Shown: in pieces, positions 29,424-39,560 of the stretch | Layout of the letters: every line of letters begins with the position of its first letter | How positions within the stretch are numbered: the stretch's first letter is position 1 | Assembly (NCBI GenBank): GCA_963771355.1 | Contig: CAVYTA010000006.1 | Location: forward strand, 704,001 to 768,000 | Direction: 5' to 3' | Source: an uncultured Candidatus Rokubacteria bacterium | GTDB lineage: Bacteria; Methylomirabilota; Methylomirabilia; Rokubacteriales; CSP1-6 | Length of the DNA stretch: 64,000 nt | Notes under the pieces: generated by a model | Told to the model about the DNA's origin: nothing | Database searches by the model: none | What the model saw: the letters and a program-made list of their open reading frames with translations, nothing else | Translations under genes and position numbers: made by a program

Positions 29424-31295
29424 TCACCGGTCGAGCCACACGCGCGCCCACTCCTCCAGGCAGAGCACCGCCCAGAGCAGGGTGGCCCGGTCCCGATGGC
29501 CGGACCGGTGCTCCTCGAGCAGGCGGGCCACCGCGTCCGTGTCGAGCAGACCCCGCCGCCGCGTGCGGCTGTCGAGCAGCACCTCGCGCGCGTGATCTCC
29601 CAGCTCGGCGCGGAACCATCGGGCAAGCGGAACGCCAAAGCCCATCTTCGGCCGATGGAGCACGTCGTGCGGCAGCGCGTCGGCCATCGCGTGCTTGAAG
29701 ATGGCCTTGCCGCCCGCATCCGAGAGCTTGAGCGCGGTCGGCATGGTGGCCACGTACTCCATCAGCACGTGGTCCAGCAGCGGCACCCGGGCCTCGAGGG
29801 AGACGAGCATGCTGGTGCGATCCACCTTGGTGAGGATGTCCTCCGGCAGATAGGTCTCGATGTCGATACGCTGCATGGCGGCGACGTAGTCGTGGGCCGC
29901 GGCGGCGCCGGCATGGGCTCGGAAGCGGTCGGGGCCGAGCCCCGGCATCACCGAATCCCGTACGTCGGCCCCGAGCAGGCCGCGCAAGGCGCCGATGCGG
30001 CCCCCCGTCATGATCTGGTAGTAGCGGTCCACGGGATCGGCGCCGAGGAGGGCGAGGTAACCCTGGCCCCGCGCGCCGGAGGGGAGCAGCCGCCCGCCGA
30101 GGGCCAGGAACGGCCGCACCAGGCGCCCGGGCCCGCGGTCCAACCCGCGGTGCAGCGCCAGGGCCCGCGCATAACGCGTATAGCCCGCGAAGTTCTCATC
30201 GCCTCCGTCGCCCGACAGCCCCACCGTCACGTGCTCCCGGGTGATCTTGGACACGTAGTAGGTCGGCAGGGCGGAGGAGTCCGCGAAGGGCTCGTCGAAC
30301 TGCCAGGCCAGCCGCGGAAGCGCCTCCAGCGCATCCGGTTTCACCACGAACTCGTAGTGGTCGGTGTGATAGCGCTGCGCCACCTGTCGCGCGTAGCCGA
30401 CCTCGTCGAAGGCCTCGTCCTCGAAGCCGATGGAGAAGGTGCGCACCGGGCCCTGGGCGGCCCGGGCCATGAGGGCGACCACGCTGCCGGAGTCCACGCC
30501 GCCGCTGAGGAAGGCGCCGATGGGCACGTCACTCACCAGATGGCTCTGCACGGCGTCCGCGAGCTGGGCGCGGAGACCTTCGATCCACTCCGCCTCGCCG
30601 CGGCCGGCTTCCGGGCGGAACTCGAGCTGCCAGTACCGTCGAATCACGGGCTCGCCGCCGTCCGCGTCGAGGAGGAGATACGAGGCGGGGGGGAGCTTGC
30701 GAATGCCCCGGAAAATCGTCTTCGGGCTCGGGATGTAGAGGAAGGTCAAATAGTCGCGCAGGGCCTCGGAGTCCAGCTCGCGGGCGAGATCGGGGTCCTG
30801 GAGCAGAGCCTTCAGCTCGGAGGCGAAGAGCAGGCGCCGGCCATTCCAGGCGTAGACCAGCGGCTTGATGCCCGCCCGGTCCCGCGCGAGGAAGAGACGC
30901 CGGCGGCGCGCGTCCCAGAGCGCGAAGGCGAACATGCCCCGCAAGTGGCCGACGCAGTCGGGACCGAAGGCCTCGTACGCCTTGATGATCACCTCGGTGT
31001 CCGAGGCGGTGCGAAACCGGTAGCCCCGGGACTCGAGCTCACGGCGGAGCTCACGGTAGTTGTAGATCTCCCCGTTGAACGTGATCCACACGCTCGCATC
31101 GTCGTTGGACATGGGCTGCTCGCCGGTAGCGAGGTCGATGATGGAGAGCCGCCGATGCCCGAGGCCGACGCGGCCGTCCTCGTGATGCCCATCTCCGTCC
31201 GGTCCGCGGTGGGCAAGGATCCCGGTCATGGCTCGGAGCAGCCGCGAGTCGGCGAGACGTCCGGGCTCGGCGAGCATTCCCGCGATGCCACACAT
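29424..31295 (-). CDS. asnB: Asparagine synthase-family amidotransferase (glutamine-hydrolysing)
   Basis: MCGIAG, HRGPD, NGEIYN, FLSGGVDS, LSGDGGDE and KMGFGVP. Confidence 0.92.
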   Translation of the reverse strand: MCGIAGMLAEPGRLADSRLLRAMTGILAHRGPDGDGHHEDGRVGLGHRRLSIIDLATGEQPMSNDDASVWITFNGEIYNYRELRRELESRGYRFRTASDTEVIIKAYEAFGPDCVGHLRGMFAFALWDARRRRLFLARDRAGIKPLVYAWNGRRLLFASELKALLQDPDLARELDSEALRDYLTFLYIPSPKTIFRGIRKLPPASYLLLDADGGEPVIRRYWQLEFRPEAGRGEAEWIEGLRAQLADAVQSHLVSDVPIGAFLSGGVDSGSVVALMARAAQGPVRTFSIGFEDEAFDEVGYARQVAQRYHTDHYEFVVKPDALEALPRLAWQFDEPFADSSALPTYYVSKITREHVTVGLSGDGGDENFAGYTRYARALALHRGLDRGPGRLVRPFLALGGRLLPSGARGQGYLALLGADPVDRYYQIMTGGRIGALRGLLGADVRDSVMPGLGPDRFRAHAGAAAAHDYVAAMQRIDIETYLPEDILTKVDRTSMLVSLEARVPLLDHVLMEYVATMPTALKLSDAGGKAIFKHAMADALPHDVLHRPKMGFGVPLARWFRAELGDHAREVLLDSRTRRRGLLDTDAVARLLEEHRSGHRDRATLLWAVLCLEEWARVWLDR

Positions 31296-31296
31296 G

Positions 31297-32535
31297 TCAG
31301 GCTCCTCTCGCCGTCGGCGTGAGCGCCGCGGAGACGGTGCGCGACCCCGCAGGGGGTGGCGGCGTGGATCGGTGGAAGGCCTGGCCCAGCAGGTGAAGGC
31401 CGGCGCGAAGCGCGGGCACCGGATCGGCCAGCGTCCACCAGGCGAACGACCGCGCGCGCGACAGCGAGCGGAGCCAGTGCCAGAGCCCGGCTCGGCCGGC
31501 GCGCCGGGTCCGGAGGAACCAGCCGAGGTCCTCCTTGACGCTCACCCAGTGTACCCCGTCGCGCTGGCCTGCGGGCGGAGGCGGATCGATGCCGAGCAGA
31601 TCGAGGTAGGCCAGGTGCGCCAGATTGACGCCGGCGTCGGCAAAGAGGCCGTTGTACCAGGGCAGACGCGGGTTCAGCTCGATGAAGTAATATCGCCCAT
31701 TCTTCGCCTGATACTTGAACTCGAGGGACGCCAGCCCCCGGTATCCCAGGGCGGCGAGCAGCCGGTGGCTCGGCGCCACGATGGCGGGATTCGCCTCGGT
31801 GCGGCCGAGGCTGGTAATGCCGAAGCCGGGCGGGTACTGATGGATCTTCCGGACGCAGGCAAAGTCGCGGACGTCGCCGTCCGTCCGGACCAGGGTGGTG
31901 AACTGGAAGATCGCATCGTCGGGCCCCTCGACGATCTCTTGCCAGATGCTCGCCCCGAGAAGGCCGGGATGCCGGGCGTACAGCGCCAGCAGCGCCTCCG
32001 GCGACGCGGCGGTATAGGTCTTGAAGCCGGTCGGCACCGCGGCGTCGAAGCTCCGGGCGGGCTTGACCACGCACGGGAAAGGGAATCCAGCGGCGCTGCG
32101 CGCGACGTCCTCACCCGGCCCGGTGACATGGGTGAGCGGGACGAGGATGCCCGCCTCCTGGCAGCGGTGGCTCATGCGGGCCTTGTCCACCACGGTCTCG
32201 ATGCAGTCGAGGGGAGCGGCATGAAAGTGGACCCGGCCCTGCAGGGCCGCCCGGTGGTGGGCGAGGAGCACCGCATGGCGGTCGTCGGTGGCGAAGACGG
32301 TCGGAGGCGCCGCGAAGCGCTGCGCCAGCCGGAGGAGCGTCTCGACGAACAGGTCGCCGTCGACGAGGGCCTCCGCCGGCACCCGCACGCTCTCGCAGTA
32401 GCGGGACAGACGCCCGAACTCCTCCGGCCGGGTGAAGACCCCGAGCGCAGGGACGCCGGCGCGAGCCAGGCTTCGCACGATCCCGTAGCCGTTGGCGCCG
32501 AGGCCGAGCACGATGGCCGGAGAAGCCGGGGCCAT
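31297..32535 (-). CDS. ATP-grasp carboxylate-amine ligase (D-aspartate ligase-like)
   Basis: GIVRSLARAGV, DK, FPCVVKP, QEIVEG, RKIHQYP, EFK and IELNPR. Confidence 0.85.
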   Translation of the reverse strand: MAPASPAIVLGLGANGYGIVRSLARAGVPALGVFTRPEEFGRLSRYCESVRVPAEALVDGDLFVETLLRLAQRFAAPPTVFATDDRHAVLLAHHRAALQGRVHFHAAPLDCIETVVDKARMSHRCQEAGILVPLTHVTGPGEDVARSAAGFPFPCVVKPARSFDAAVPTGFKTYTAASPEALLALYARHPGLLGASIWQEIVEGPDDAIFQFTTLVRTDGDVRDFACVRKIHQYPPGFGITSLGRTEANPAIVAPSHRLLAALGYRGLASLEFKYQAKNGRYYFIELNPRLPWYNGLFADAGVNLAHLAYLDLLGIDPPPPAGQRDGVHWVSVKEDLGWFLRTRRAGRAGLWHWLRSLSRARSFAWWTLADPVPALRAGLHLLGQAFHRSTPPPPAGSRTVSAALTPTARGA

Positions 32536-32536
32536 C

Positions 32537-33481
32537 TCAGCCCGCCAGCCTGGCCAGGCGGGAGCGAACGCCCGCCAGCTCCGACTCGAATGCGGCGCGG
32601 TCGTGTCCGAGCGTGATCGGGAATCGCCGGAGGTGCAAGACGGAGGTGGCCCGGTCGTTCCGGCCGGGACTCGTCGTCACCGCGCAGGGCACGTCGAGCC
32701 GGCGCAGCACCCGCGCCTCCCGCTCCGTGTAGTCGGCGGGCTGGCCGTTGGGGTAGGCGAAAGCGCCGGCGGGTAGCCGCAGACGCGCGCGCAGCTCCTC
32801 CACCGACTCCGCCATCTCCCGCTCGGCGTCGGCATCCGTTTCCCGGCTCAGGATGGCGTGATTGACGGTGTGCCCGCCGAACTGGAGCATCGGCGGCGCC
32901 CCCGCCAGCTCGGCCCACGTCATAGGCCGCAGGCTCTCCGTCTGGCGTGGCGTGAGACGGGCCCCCAGCGCCTCCCAGAGGGGGTCGAGGGCGCGATTGG
33001 CAGTCTGCACCGTGCTGGCGCGAAGGTCCAGGGTCAGCGGGGGCTCACCCGCTTGCCGCTGCCAGTGCCGGATGAGACGAAGGCGATCGTGGTTGTACAG
33101 CCGACCGGACGAGAGGTGACCGGTGGCCACGAAGATGGTGGCCGGTATCCCAAGATCCCGGAGCACCGGACCGGCCAGGGTCACGTTGTTCGCATAGCCG
33201 TCGTCGAAGGTGACCACCGCCGCGTGCCGGGGCAGGCGATTCGCGGCGAGGGCGCGGACGGCCTCGACCAGCTCCATCGGGCAGAGCCGCTCGCGGAGGA
33301 AGCGCATCTGCTCGGTGAAGCGGCCCAGGCTGGTGAAATAGGACGGCATCCACGGCTCGCCCGCCCACTCGTCGGGGCAGAGCCCGTGATACATGAGGAT
33401 GGGCAGCCGTCGCGCCTGCCAGCGCAGGGCCGCGCCGGTGACACCGGAGTACTTCAGCAGGGCGTGAGCGAAGCTCGCCAT
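32537..33481 (-). CDS. Polysaccharide deacetylase (CE4)
   Basis: LMYH, TFDDGY, GHTVNH and FAYPNG. Confidence 0.9.
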   Translation of the reverse strand: MASFAHALLKYSGVTGAALRWQARRLPILMYHGLCPDEWAGEPWMPSYFTSLGRFTEQMRFLRERLCPMELVEAVRALAANRLPRHAAVVTFDDGYANNVTLAGPVLRDLGIPATIFVATGHLSSGRLYNHDRLRLIRHWQRQAGEPPLTLDLRASTVQTANRALDPLWEALGARLTPRQTESLRPMTWAELAGAPPMLQFGGHTVNHAILSRETDADAEREMAESVEELRARLRLPAGAFAYPNGQPADYTEREARVLRRLDVPCAVTTSPGRNDRATSVLHLRRFPITLGHDRAAFESELAGVRSRLARLAG

Positions 33482-33492
33482 GACGAGGCCGC

Positions 33493-34861
33493 CTAGAGGC
33501 GCGTCCGGGTAGGACCCGCGGGCGGAGGACCGCCCAGTGCCGGCCGCCGGACCACGGGCGCGGGGACTCGTGAGGCCGCTCCCCTGACTGGCACTGCCGT
33601 TGCCGGCACCGCGCGGGCGGGCGCCGTCACCGGCACCGGAACCGCCGCCACCGTCTTGAGCAGGATCACCAAGGCGACCAGCAGATAGAGCAGGTCCGTG
33701 TACGCCGCGCTCTGGAAGACCGCATTGGCCATGTACGCGACCAGGGAGGCTTCCAGCATCAAGCTGTAGCGCACCACCCACGCCCGGTCCGGTGAGCCCC
33801 GATTCCTCCGTCTGAGCCAGAACAGGCTCCAGAGGCACGAGAACAGCATGGTGAGGAAGATGCCGAAGGCGACGAAGCCGTGGTCCGCGAGCACGTCGAG
33901 ATACATGTTGTGCGCGCTGATGCTCAGGACATAGCCGTATTGCGCGTACGTGAGCTTGTTGGCCAGGCCCCAGAACCCGGCCCCGAGCAGAGGCCGGTCC
34001 ACCGCCACCTTCCACGCAACCTCCATTGCGGCGAGGCGATTGTGCGTCGACTTGTCGTCAATGGTCTCGATGGTCGCCATCCGGTTGGTCCACCGCTCCG
34101 GCAGGTACGGAGTGACCACGACGTAGAGGAGGGCGGCGGCGACAACCGCGAGGAAGGCGTGGCGGGCCTTGAGGAACAGCATGGCCATGACGATGAGGAG
34201 TCCCAGGAAAGCGCCCCGCGAATAGGTGAACACCACCGCGACGGCGCAGAGCCAGAAGGCCACGCGGAGCCCGTTCCGAAGCCACCGCCGCTGCTCGTCC
34301 TTGGCCAGGAAGAACAGCATGGGGATGATGGTGTTCAGCGCCAGGCCGATGGAGTTGTTGCTGGCGAAGAAGCCGGTGGGCGGCACCGTACACCCGGTGC
34401 ACGCCACCGGTGCCCAGCGCGAAGATACCGCCCTTGACCCCGTAGAAGGCCAGGGACAGCGCGGTGACGAGGTAGAGGTAACGGAGGCGCGTCCGGTCCT
34501 GGAAGAACATGAGGGTCAGGAACACGAAGAGCAGGATCTTCGACACTTTCATCAGCTGGTCCCACGCACGCTCGGGCATGATCGCGAAGATCGTGGACAG
34601 GAGGAACATGCCCCACAGCAGGGCCAGGAGCACGGTTTCCCGCGTCCAGGGAATCGGCTTCCGATCCTTGGTGAAGAGGATGCCGACGAGGGTCGCCCCC
34701 GCGATGAGCATGGCGAACGGGACGCCCCGGGCGAAGCCCCACGTTTGCATCTGGGGGACCATCAGGCCGACCCACGTCCAGGCCAGGATGCCGATCCACG
34801 GCCGGGCAAGGCAGAAGGGGAGGAGTACGGCGACGAACGCGGTGAGGACGAGGTCGCGCAT
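33493..34861 (-). CDS. Putative O-glycosylation ligase / Wzy-like polymerase, exosortase A-associated; one apparent frameshift near 34385
   Basis: MRDL..RPWIGIL..W, YGVKGGIF, NN, TYSRGAFLGL, DRPLLGAGF and AHNMYLDVLADHG. Confidence 0.85.
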
Positions 34862-34868
34862 GGATACG

Positions 34869-35375
34869 CTAGTTGATCGAGGCCCGCGCGCGCTCGAGCT
34901 CCGAGATCGCGTGAGTCAGGTAGCCGACGCTCCGGTCGGTCTGGGACTTGGCTGCCGCCTGCCGGGCGTAGAGCACGCTGAAGCGGGCCTTCTGGATGGT
35001 CTTGTAGGCGTTTCCCAGGAGCGGGTCGGGAACCTTGGTCTTGGCTTGGAGCTTATCCATGCGTCGCATCAGGAGCGCGTGGGCGGAGCGGACCTTCACG
35101 TATCCCTCGTAGATCTTTTTCGATGTCTCTTCGGGATCCGGGGTGGTGCCGTTCGTCTGCATCGTCAGGGCGTGTTGGAGGTTCCCGACGGCGCTGCCGA
35201 GCTGCCAGCTGATGAACTCGGCCGACGTGCGGCCGCGAGTTATCGGCGGCGGCGCCTCGGCCTCGGGGGCGGCGGCGCCCCGCTGCTGCGCGCGCGCGGG
35301 CACTGCCAGGGTCACCACGACGCCGAGCATCATCGCGAGCGCGCATGCCACCACCATCCATCGAAACGGTCTCAT
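34869..35375 (-). CDS. Hypothetical secreted helical protein
   Basis: Signal-peptide-like N-terminus (..VPARA), RBS-like GGGAG, ATGA coupling to the upstream gene, GC3-rich codons. Confidence 0.6.
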   Translation of the reverse strand: MRPFRWMVVACALAMMLGVVVTLAVPARAQQRGAAAPEAEAPPPITRGRTSAEFISWQLGSAVGNLQHALTMQTNGTTPDPEETSKKIYEGYVKVRSAHALLMRRMDKLQAKTKVPDPLLGNAYKTIQKARFSVLYARQAAAKSQTDRSVGYLTHAISELERARASIN

Positions 35376-36463
35376 CGGACTTCTCCCCCCGCGAGCACGC
35401 GGCCGATCTCCTCCAGCCGCGTTCGGCAGTGCCGCACGTGCCGCCGGCGCACCGCCGACCACGTGGTGGTACGGTGACGTCCCGCGAGCTCACTCATCTT
35501 GTCGAGGCTGTTCGCCACGCGCAGGAGGCGCGCGAGCGGCGACCGGAGATCCACCGGCGAGCCGTAGCCCTCCCGGAACGCCGTCTGCCACCGGCCCACC
35601 GCGCGAGGACGCAGGGTGATTCCGCGGGCAAAATCCTCCAGCTTCATCGTGAACTTCATGAAATCGTAGAGCGGCGGGCCGTAGGTGAAGCCCGTGAAGT
35701 CGAGCACCGCCACCCGGTCCCCGTCAGTGAGCATGTTGTCCGGGCGGAAATCGTTGTGGCGGCCGACGGCACCGAGATCCTCCGAGCCGATATCGCCGGC
35801 GAGGCGTTCGACCTGGCCCAGGATCGCCGGGGGCATGATGATCGCGAAGCCGGCCTTGCGGGCCTCCTCGAGCAGGCGCAGCCGCCGCGCGCAATAGGCG
35901 ACGATCTCGGCGGGATCGAAGGAGTCGGGCGACGCGGGCTTCGTAAAGGCCTGGAAGAGCCCGAGCCACTGGCCCACGCGCCGGCACACCGTAGATGCCT
36001 GGGCCAGCGCCCTCGCCGAGGGGAGGCTCATCGCCCGGGCAAGGAGCCGCTCGACGGTCTCGCCGGGAAACTCCTCCATGAGCATCGAGGCGAACTCCGG
36101 CCAGCATCGCACGGGCTTGACCACCTGGAGGCCCGGATAAGGCGCGAACCGCAGCTCGAGCTCTTCCAGGAGTGCATACTCCTGCTCCAGCTCGGTTCGC
36201 TTGACGGTCAAACGGTTGGGATGGGTGCGCAGCGTCTTGAGATAGAACCGCCTCGCTCCGGCGGGCCCGCGGAGCTCGATGGTGCCCACATAGGAATGCT
36301 TGCGTTGGCCAGTCATCTGAAGCTCGACCGAGCAGGGGGTGGAGGGGGAGAGATAGCGTGGGGCAAGGCGCCGCACTTCCTCGAGCGCCGCCTCGACGCC
36401 GCTCCGGAACAGCTCAGGGACATAGGCCGGTTCAGGCACAGTGAGACCCAGGTAGCAATTCAT
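35372..36463 (-). CDS. Aminoglycoside-phosphotransferase/kinase-like protein
   Basis: FYLK, EY, Brenner motif HNDFRPDNML and VLDF. Confidence 0.8.
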   Translation of the reverse strand: MNCYLGLTVPEPAYVPELFRSGVEAALEEVRRLAPRYLSPSTPCSVELQMTGQRKHSYVGTIELRGPAGARRFYLKTLRTHPNRLTVKRTELEQEYALLEELELRFAPYPGLQVVKPVRCWPEFASMLMEEFPGETVERLLARAMSLPSARALAQASTVCRRVGQWLGLFQAFTKPASPDSFDPAEIVAYCARRLRLLEEARKAGFAIIMPPAILGQVERLAGDIGSEDLGAVGRHNDFRPDNMLTDGDRVAVLDFTGFTYGPPLYDFMKFTMKLEDFARGITLRPRAVGRWQTAFREGYGSPVDLRSPLARLLRVANSLDKMSELAGRHRTTTWSAVRRRHVRHCRTRLEEIGRVLAGGEVR

Positions 36464-37690
36464 GCAGAGTCTGTGCCAGCTCGGCAGTCAGTGCATACCT
36501 GTCGAAGTGCTTGATTTGTCTGCTTGAAAGTATTGGCTCCGGACTCTCTTTCCACGTTCGATAGAGGGACGCCAACGCGTTCTGTAGCCCCTCCGAGTCA
36601 GATGGCTCTATCACGGCACATCGATCCATTTTTTTCAACAAGTCGGCGGTAGCGCCATCCCCCGTCAAGGCCAGGATGGGCCGCTCCACCCGGAGACACT
36701 CGAAGGCCTTGGCGGGAATCAGCGACCGCGTGTCGTCGGAGGCCTGGAGGATGAGAAGGCAGCTGGCCCGCCGGAGGCGTCCGAGCGTGTCGCGGTTGGG
36801 AATGCGCGGGCTCACCTCCAGCACGTCCTCCAGGCCCAGGCGTCCGACGAGCTCACGCCCCGCCGGCGAGGCGAAGAATCCCCGCGCGCCGAGGAAGACC
36901 ACGCGGACCTCCGCGCGCGACATGACGCCCCGTCCCGATGAGCCGCGCCACCGCCTCGAGGAGGGGGCGTGGGATCCCGATATTCGCGGGTGACCAGCCC
37001 CGCATGGAGAATCTCGAAGCGGGGCTCGCGCGGCGGGACCGGCAGGCTGGCGAAGTCGGCCTCGTCATAGCCGTTGTAGATGACGCGGACCTTGTCCGGA
37101 TCGAGCGAGGGATAGCGGGCGAGGAAATCCGCGCGCAGGTAGGGCGTGGTCGCCACGATGCGATCCGCGCGCCGGACCACCGCGCGCTCGAGCCGCGACT
37201 CGACCGCGTGGCGGATCGAGCCCGGGGCGGGGTGCTGGCCCTCCTCGATCCAGGGATCCCGGAAGTCGGCGATCCACGGCAGCCCGGTTCGCCGCTTGAG
37301 CGCCGCCGCGATGAGATGGGCGGTGGGAATGGGGCTCGTCGAGAAGATGGCCCGAATCCCCGCACGACGTATGGCGGCGAGGCCCCCCGCCACCCCGAAC
37401 GGCAGCCAGCTGACGAAGGGATCGGGCACACTGAGCATGGCGAGGTGCCGGCCGCGGATGGCGAGCGCGCGCGTGCTGTCGAATCCGCCGGTGCGGTGAA
37501 TCACGGCTTCGGGCGGTATATCGGCCCGCAGCCCTTCGTCCTTCACCCGGTACACGTGGTCGCGCAGGGTGAGGATATGGGGCGTCCAGCCGAGACGGGG
37601 GAGATACTTGCTGAACTTGAGCGTGCGCAGCACGCCGCTGCTGCTCCCTTCCGGAGGATAGTGAAAAGCAACCATGAGGACGGAGCTCAT
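36432..37690 (-). CDS. Glycosyltransferase family 4; apparent frameshift(s) near 36930-36975
   Basis: FHYPP..GVLRTLKFSKYL, PDPFVSW, WIADFRDPW and NGYDE; the C-terminal part IPAKAFECL..PILA is in ORF 36432..36923. Confidence 0.85.
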
Positions 37691-38841
37691 GCGCGCCGGG
37701 CTCCGTCACCCGCGCGGCGCTCGAGCAGGAGCGCATCGGCGAAGAACTTGGCCGCCCAGTTCAGGTACTCGTAGGCCCCGTATTCCGCGTACACGGGGTC
37801 CGAGCCCTTGATCCCCCCGCGGATACCGGGATCCGACGCGCGGAGATCCTGCGTGCTCATGAGGTAACGATTCATCCGCCGCGCGGCCTCGACATAGCGC
37901 GGATCGCCGGTGATCTCGGCGAGACGGAGCCACACGATGGAAGTCTGGGCGTCTCCGGTCAGGCAGCTCCACCGGGCCGCGGGCGTCCACGCGTGATCGA
38001 AGCGACCGGCCAGGCCGCCGTCGGCCCGCTGGCACGCCAGCAACGCGTCGGCGGCGCGCCGCGCGCCATCCACGAAGGCCGGCTCGCCGGCAATTCCCCC
38101 GGCTTCGAGCAGACCTTCCATGGTGTAGGCGAGGGTATGGAGGAGGGGCCGCCGATTGTCGTCGAGGCAGCACTCCTCGAACCAGCCGTTGGCCCGCTGC
38201 CGGGTGAGGACGAACTGGAGATTGCGGAGCGCGGCCTCGCGGTGGCGCGCGTCGCCGGTGATGAGTGAGGCGTCCAGCAGCCCCCAGGCCGTCCGCGCGT
38301 CGTAGACGTTGACGCCCTGCCGGGCGAAGCGCGAGCCGTGTCGGCGCCACGCGCCGTCCGCATCCATCGCTTCCACCAGGAAGTCCGCGGCGCGGCCGGC
38401 CGCCTTCTGAAAGCGCGAATCGCCCGTCTCACGATAGGCGGCGGCCCAGCCGAAGAGGACCTGGCCGGTGTTGAATATCGCGGGCGTGGGGGCATGGCCG
38501 ATGACTCCGCCCTGGACGGCCCCCGATTCCATCTGCACGTCGACCTCCCACCGGGCCATCCTAAGGGCGCGCTCGCGGAGGTCGTTCCGTCCGACGATTG
38601 CCGCATAGGCCAGGAAGGTCGGAATGATGTATCCGGTCGTCTCCGGATAGGCCGCGAGCCACCCGCGGCGCTGATGCCCCCGCATGTAGCGGAGGGCGTA
38701 GCTGCGGGCGACGCCTCCGCTGCCCGTCGCGTCCTGCGCCCGGCACAGCCATTCGATCGCCGCGTCGAGGTGCTCGTCGGGCGACCGGAGAGGATGCCGG
38801 ATCGACAGGGCATCCCGGATGACGAGACCTATCAGGCTCAC
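37687..38841 (-). CDS. Alpha/alpha-toroid protein with prenyltransferase/squalene-cyclase-like repeats; function unknown
   Basis: Repeats WLCRAQD..GG, Q.ESGA, DADGAW, QRANGWF and QRADGGL; motifs YPETTGYIIPT and NWAAKFF. Confidence 0.7.
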   Translation of the reverse strand: MSLIGLVIRDALSIRHPLRSPDEHLDAAIEWLCRAQDATGSGGVARSYALRYMRGHQRRGWLAAYPETTGYIIPTFLAYAAIVGRNDLRERALRMARWEVDVQMESGAVQGGVIGHAPTPAIFNTGQVLFGWAAAYRETGDSRFQKAAGRAADFLVEAMDADGAWRRHGSRFARQGVNVYDARTAWGLLDASLITGDARHREAALRNLQFVLTRQRANGWFEECCLDDNRRPLLHTLAYTMEGLLEAGGIAGEPAFVDGARRAADALLACQRADGGLAGRFDHAWTPAARWSCLTGDAQTSIVWLRLAEITGDPRYVEAARRMNRYLMSTQDLRASDPGIRGGIKGSDPVYAEYGAYEYLNWAAKFFADALLLERRAGDGARRA

Positions 38842-39560
38842 TGGATGGACGCCCCTTGAGCGTACAGGACCCCGGGCATCTCCAGATCGCCGCCGGGGTG
38901 GCCCGGCGAGAGGGGCTCGCGGGCGATCGGAGGCCGCAGGTAGAGGCCATTGCCCTCGCGCTGAAAGCCCAGGCTATAGCGCCGGACCCGCCCCACATCC
39001 TTGAATCCCCGTCGGAGGTAGAGCCGCTGCGCCGCGGTATTCCCCACCCAGGTGAACTCGTACATGTAACGGAACCCACGCGCGGCAAAGAGGTCGGCGA
39101 AGCGCTCGAGGCAAGCGTCGATGAGCCCCGTGCCGCGGACCCCGGGATCGGCCCAGATGCTGCCGAGCCGGCACTCGTCCTCGAGCAGATGGCGCCAGCG
39201 GGAGACCACTCGCCGGTTATCCGCCTGCACGAGCGGCCACATGAGGGCGCCGATGCGATCGCCGAGGTTGGCGGCGTAGCAGTGGCGCTGTCCGTAGACG
39301 ACGCGATACTCGCGGTGACGCGGGTACGGGGCGGGCATGGTACCGAAGCGCTCGAACTGGGCATCGTCGACCCGGCGCAGCTCGAAGGGCACTCGCGACA
39401 CCGCCGGGGCCAGGGGATTCCGGAGATCGCGCTGGAACACCACGAACTCGGTCCGGTCGTAGGCGCGCCGGGTCACGCCGGCGGCGAGGCCATTGAGGCC
39501 CTCGGTCCGCCACGCGGCCGCCACCTTCGCCAGCAGCGAGCGTCCCTCGCGCATGCTCAC
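38838..39560 (-). CDS. GNAT family N-acyltransferase
   Basis: IWADPGVRGTGL acyl-CoA loop and NTAAQRLYLRRGF. Confidence 0.8.
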   Translation of the reverse strand: MSMREGRSLLAKVAAAWRTEGLNGLAAGVTRRAYDRTEFVVFQRDLRNPLAPAVSRVPFELRRVDDAQFERFGTMPAPYPRHREYRVVYGQRHCYAANLGDRIGALMWPLVQADNRRVVSRWRHLLEDECRLGSIWADPGVRGTGLIDACLERFADLFAARGFRYMYEFTWVGNTAAQRLYLRRGFKDVGRVRRYSLGFQREGNGLYLRPPIAREPLSPGHPGGDLEMPGVLYAQGASIQ

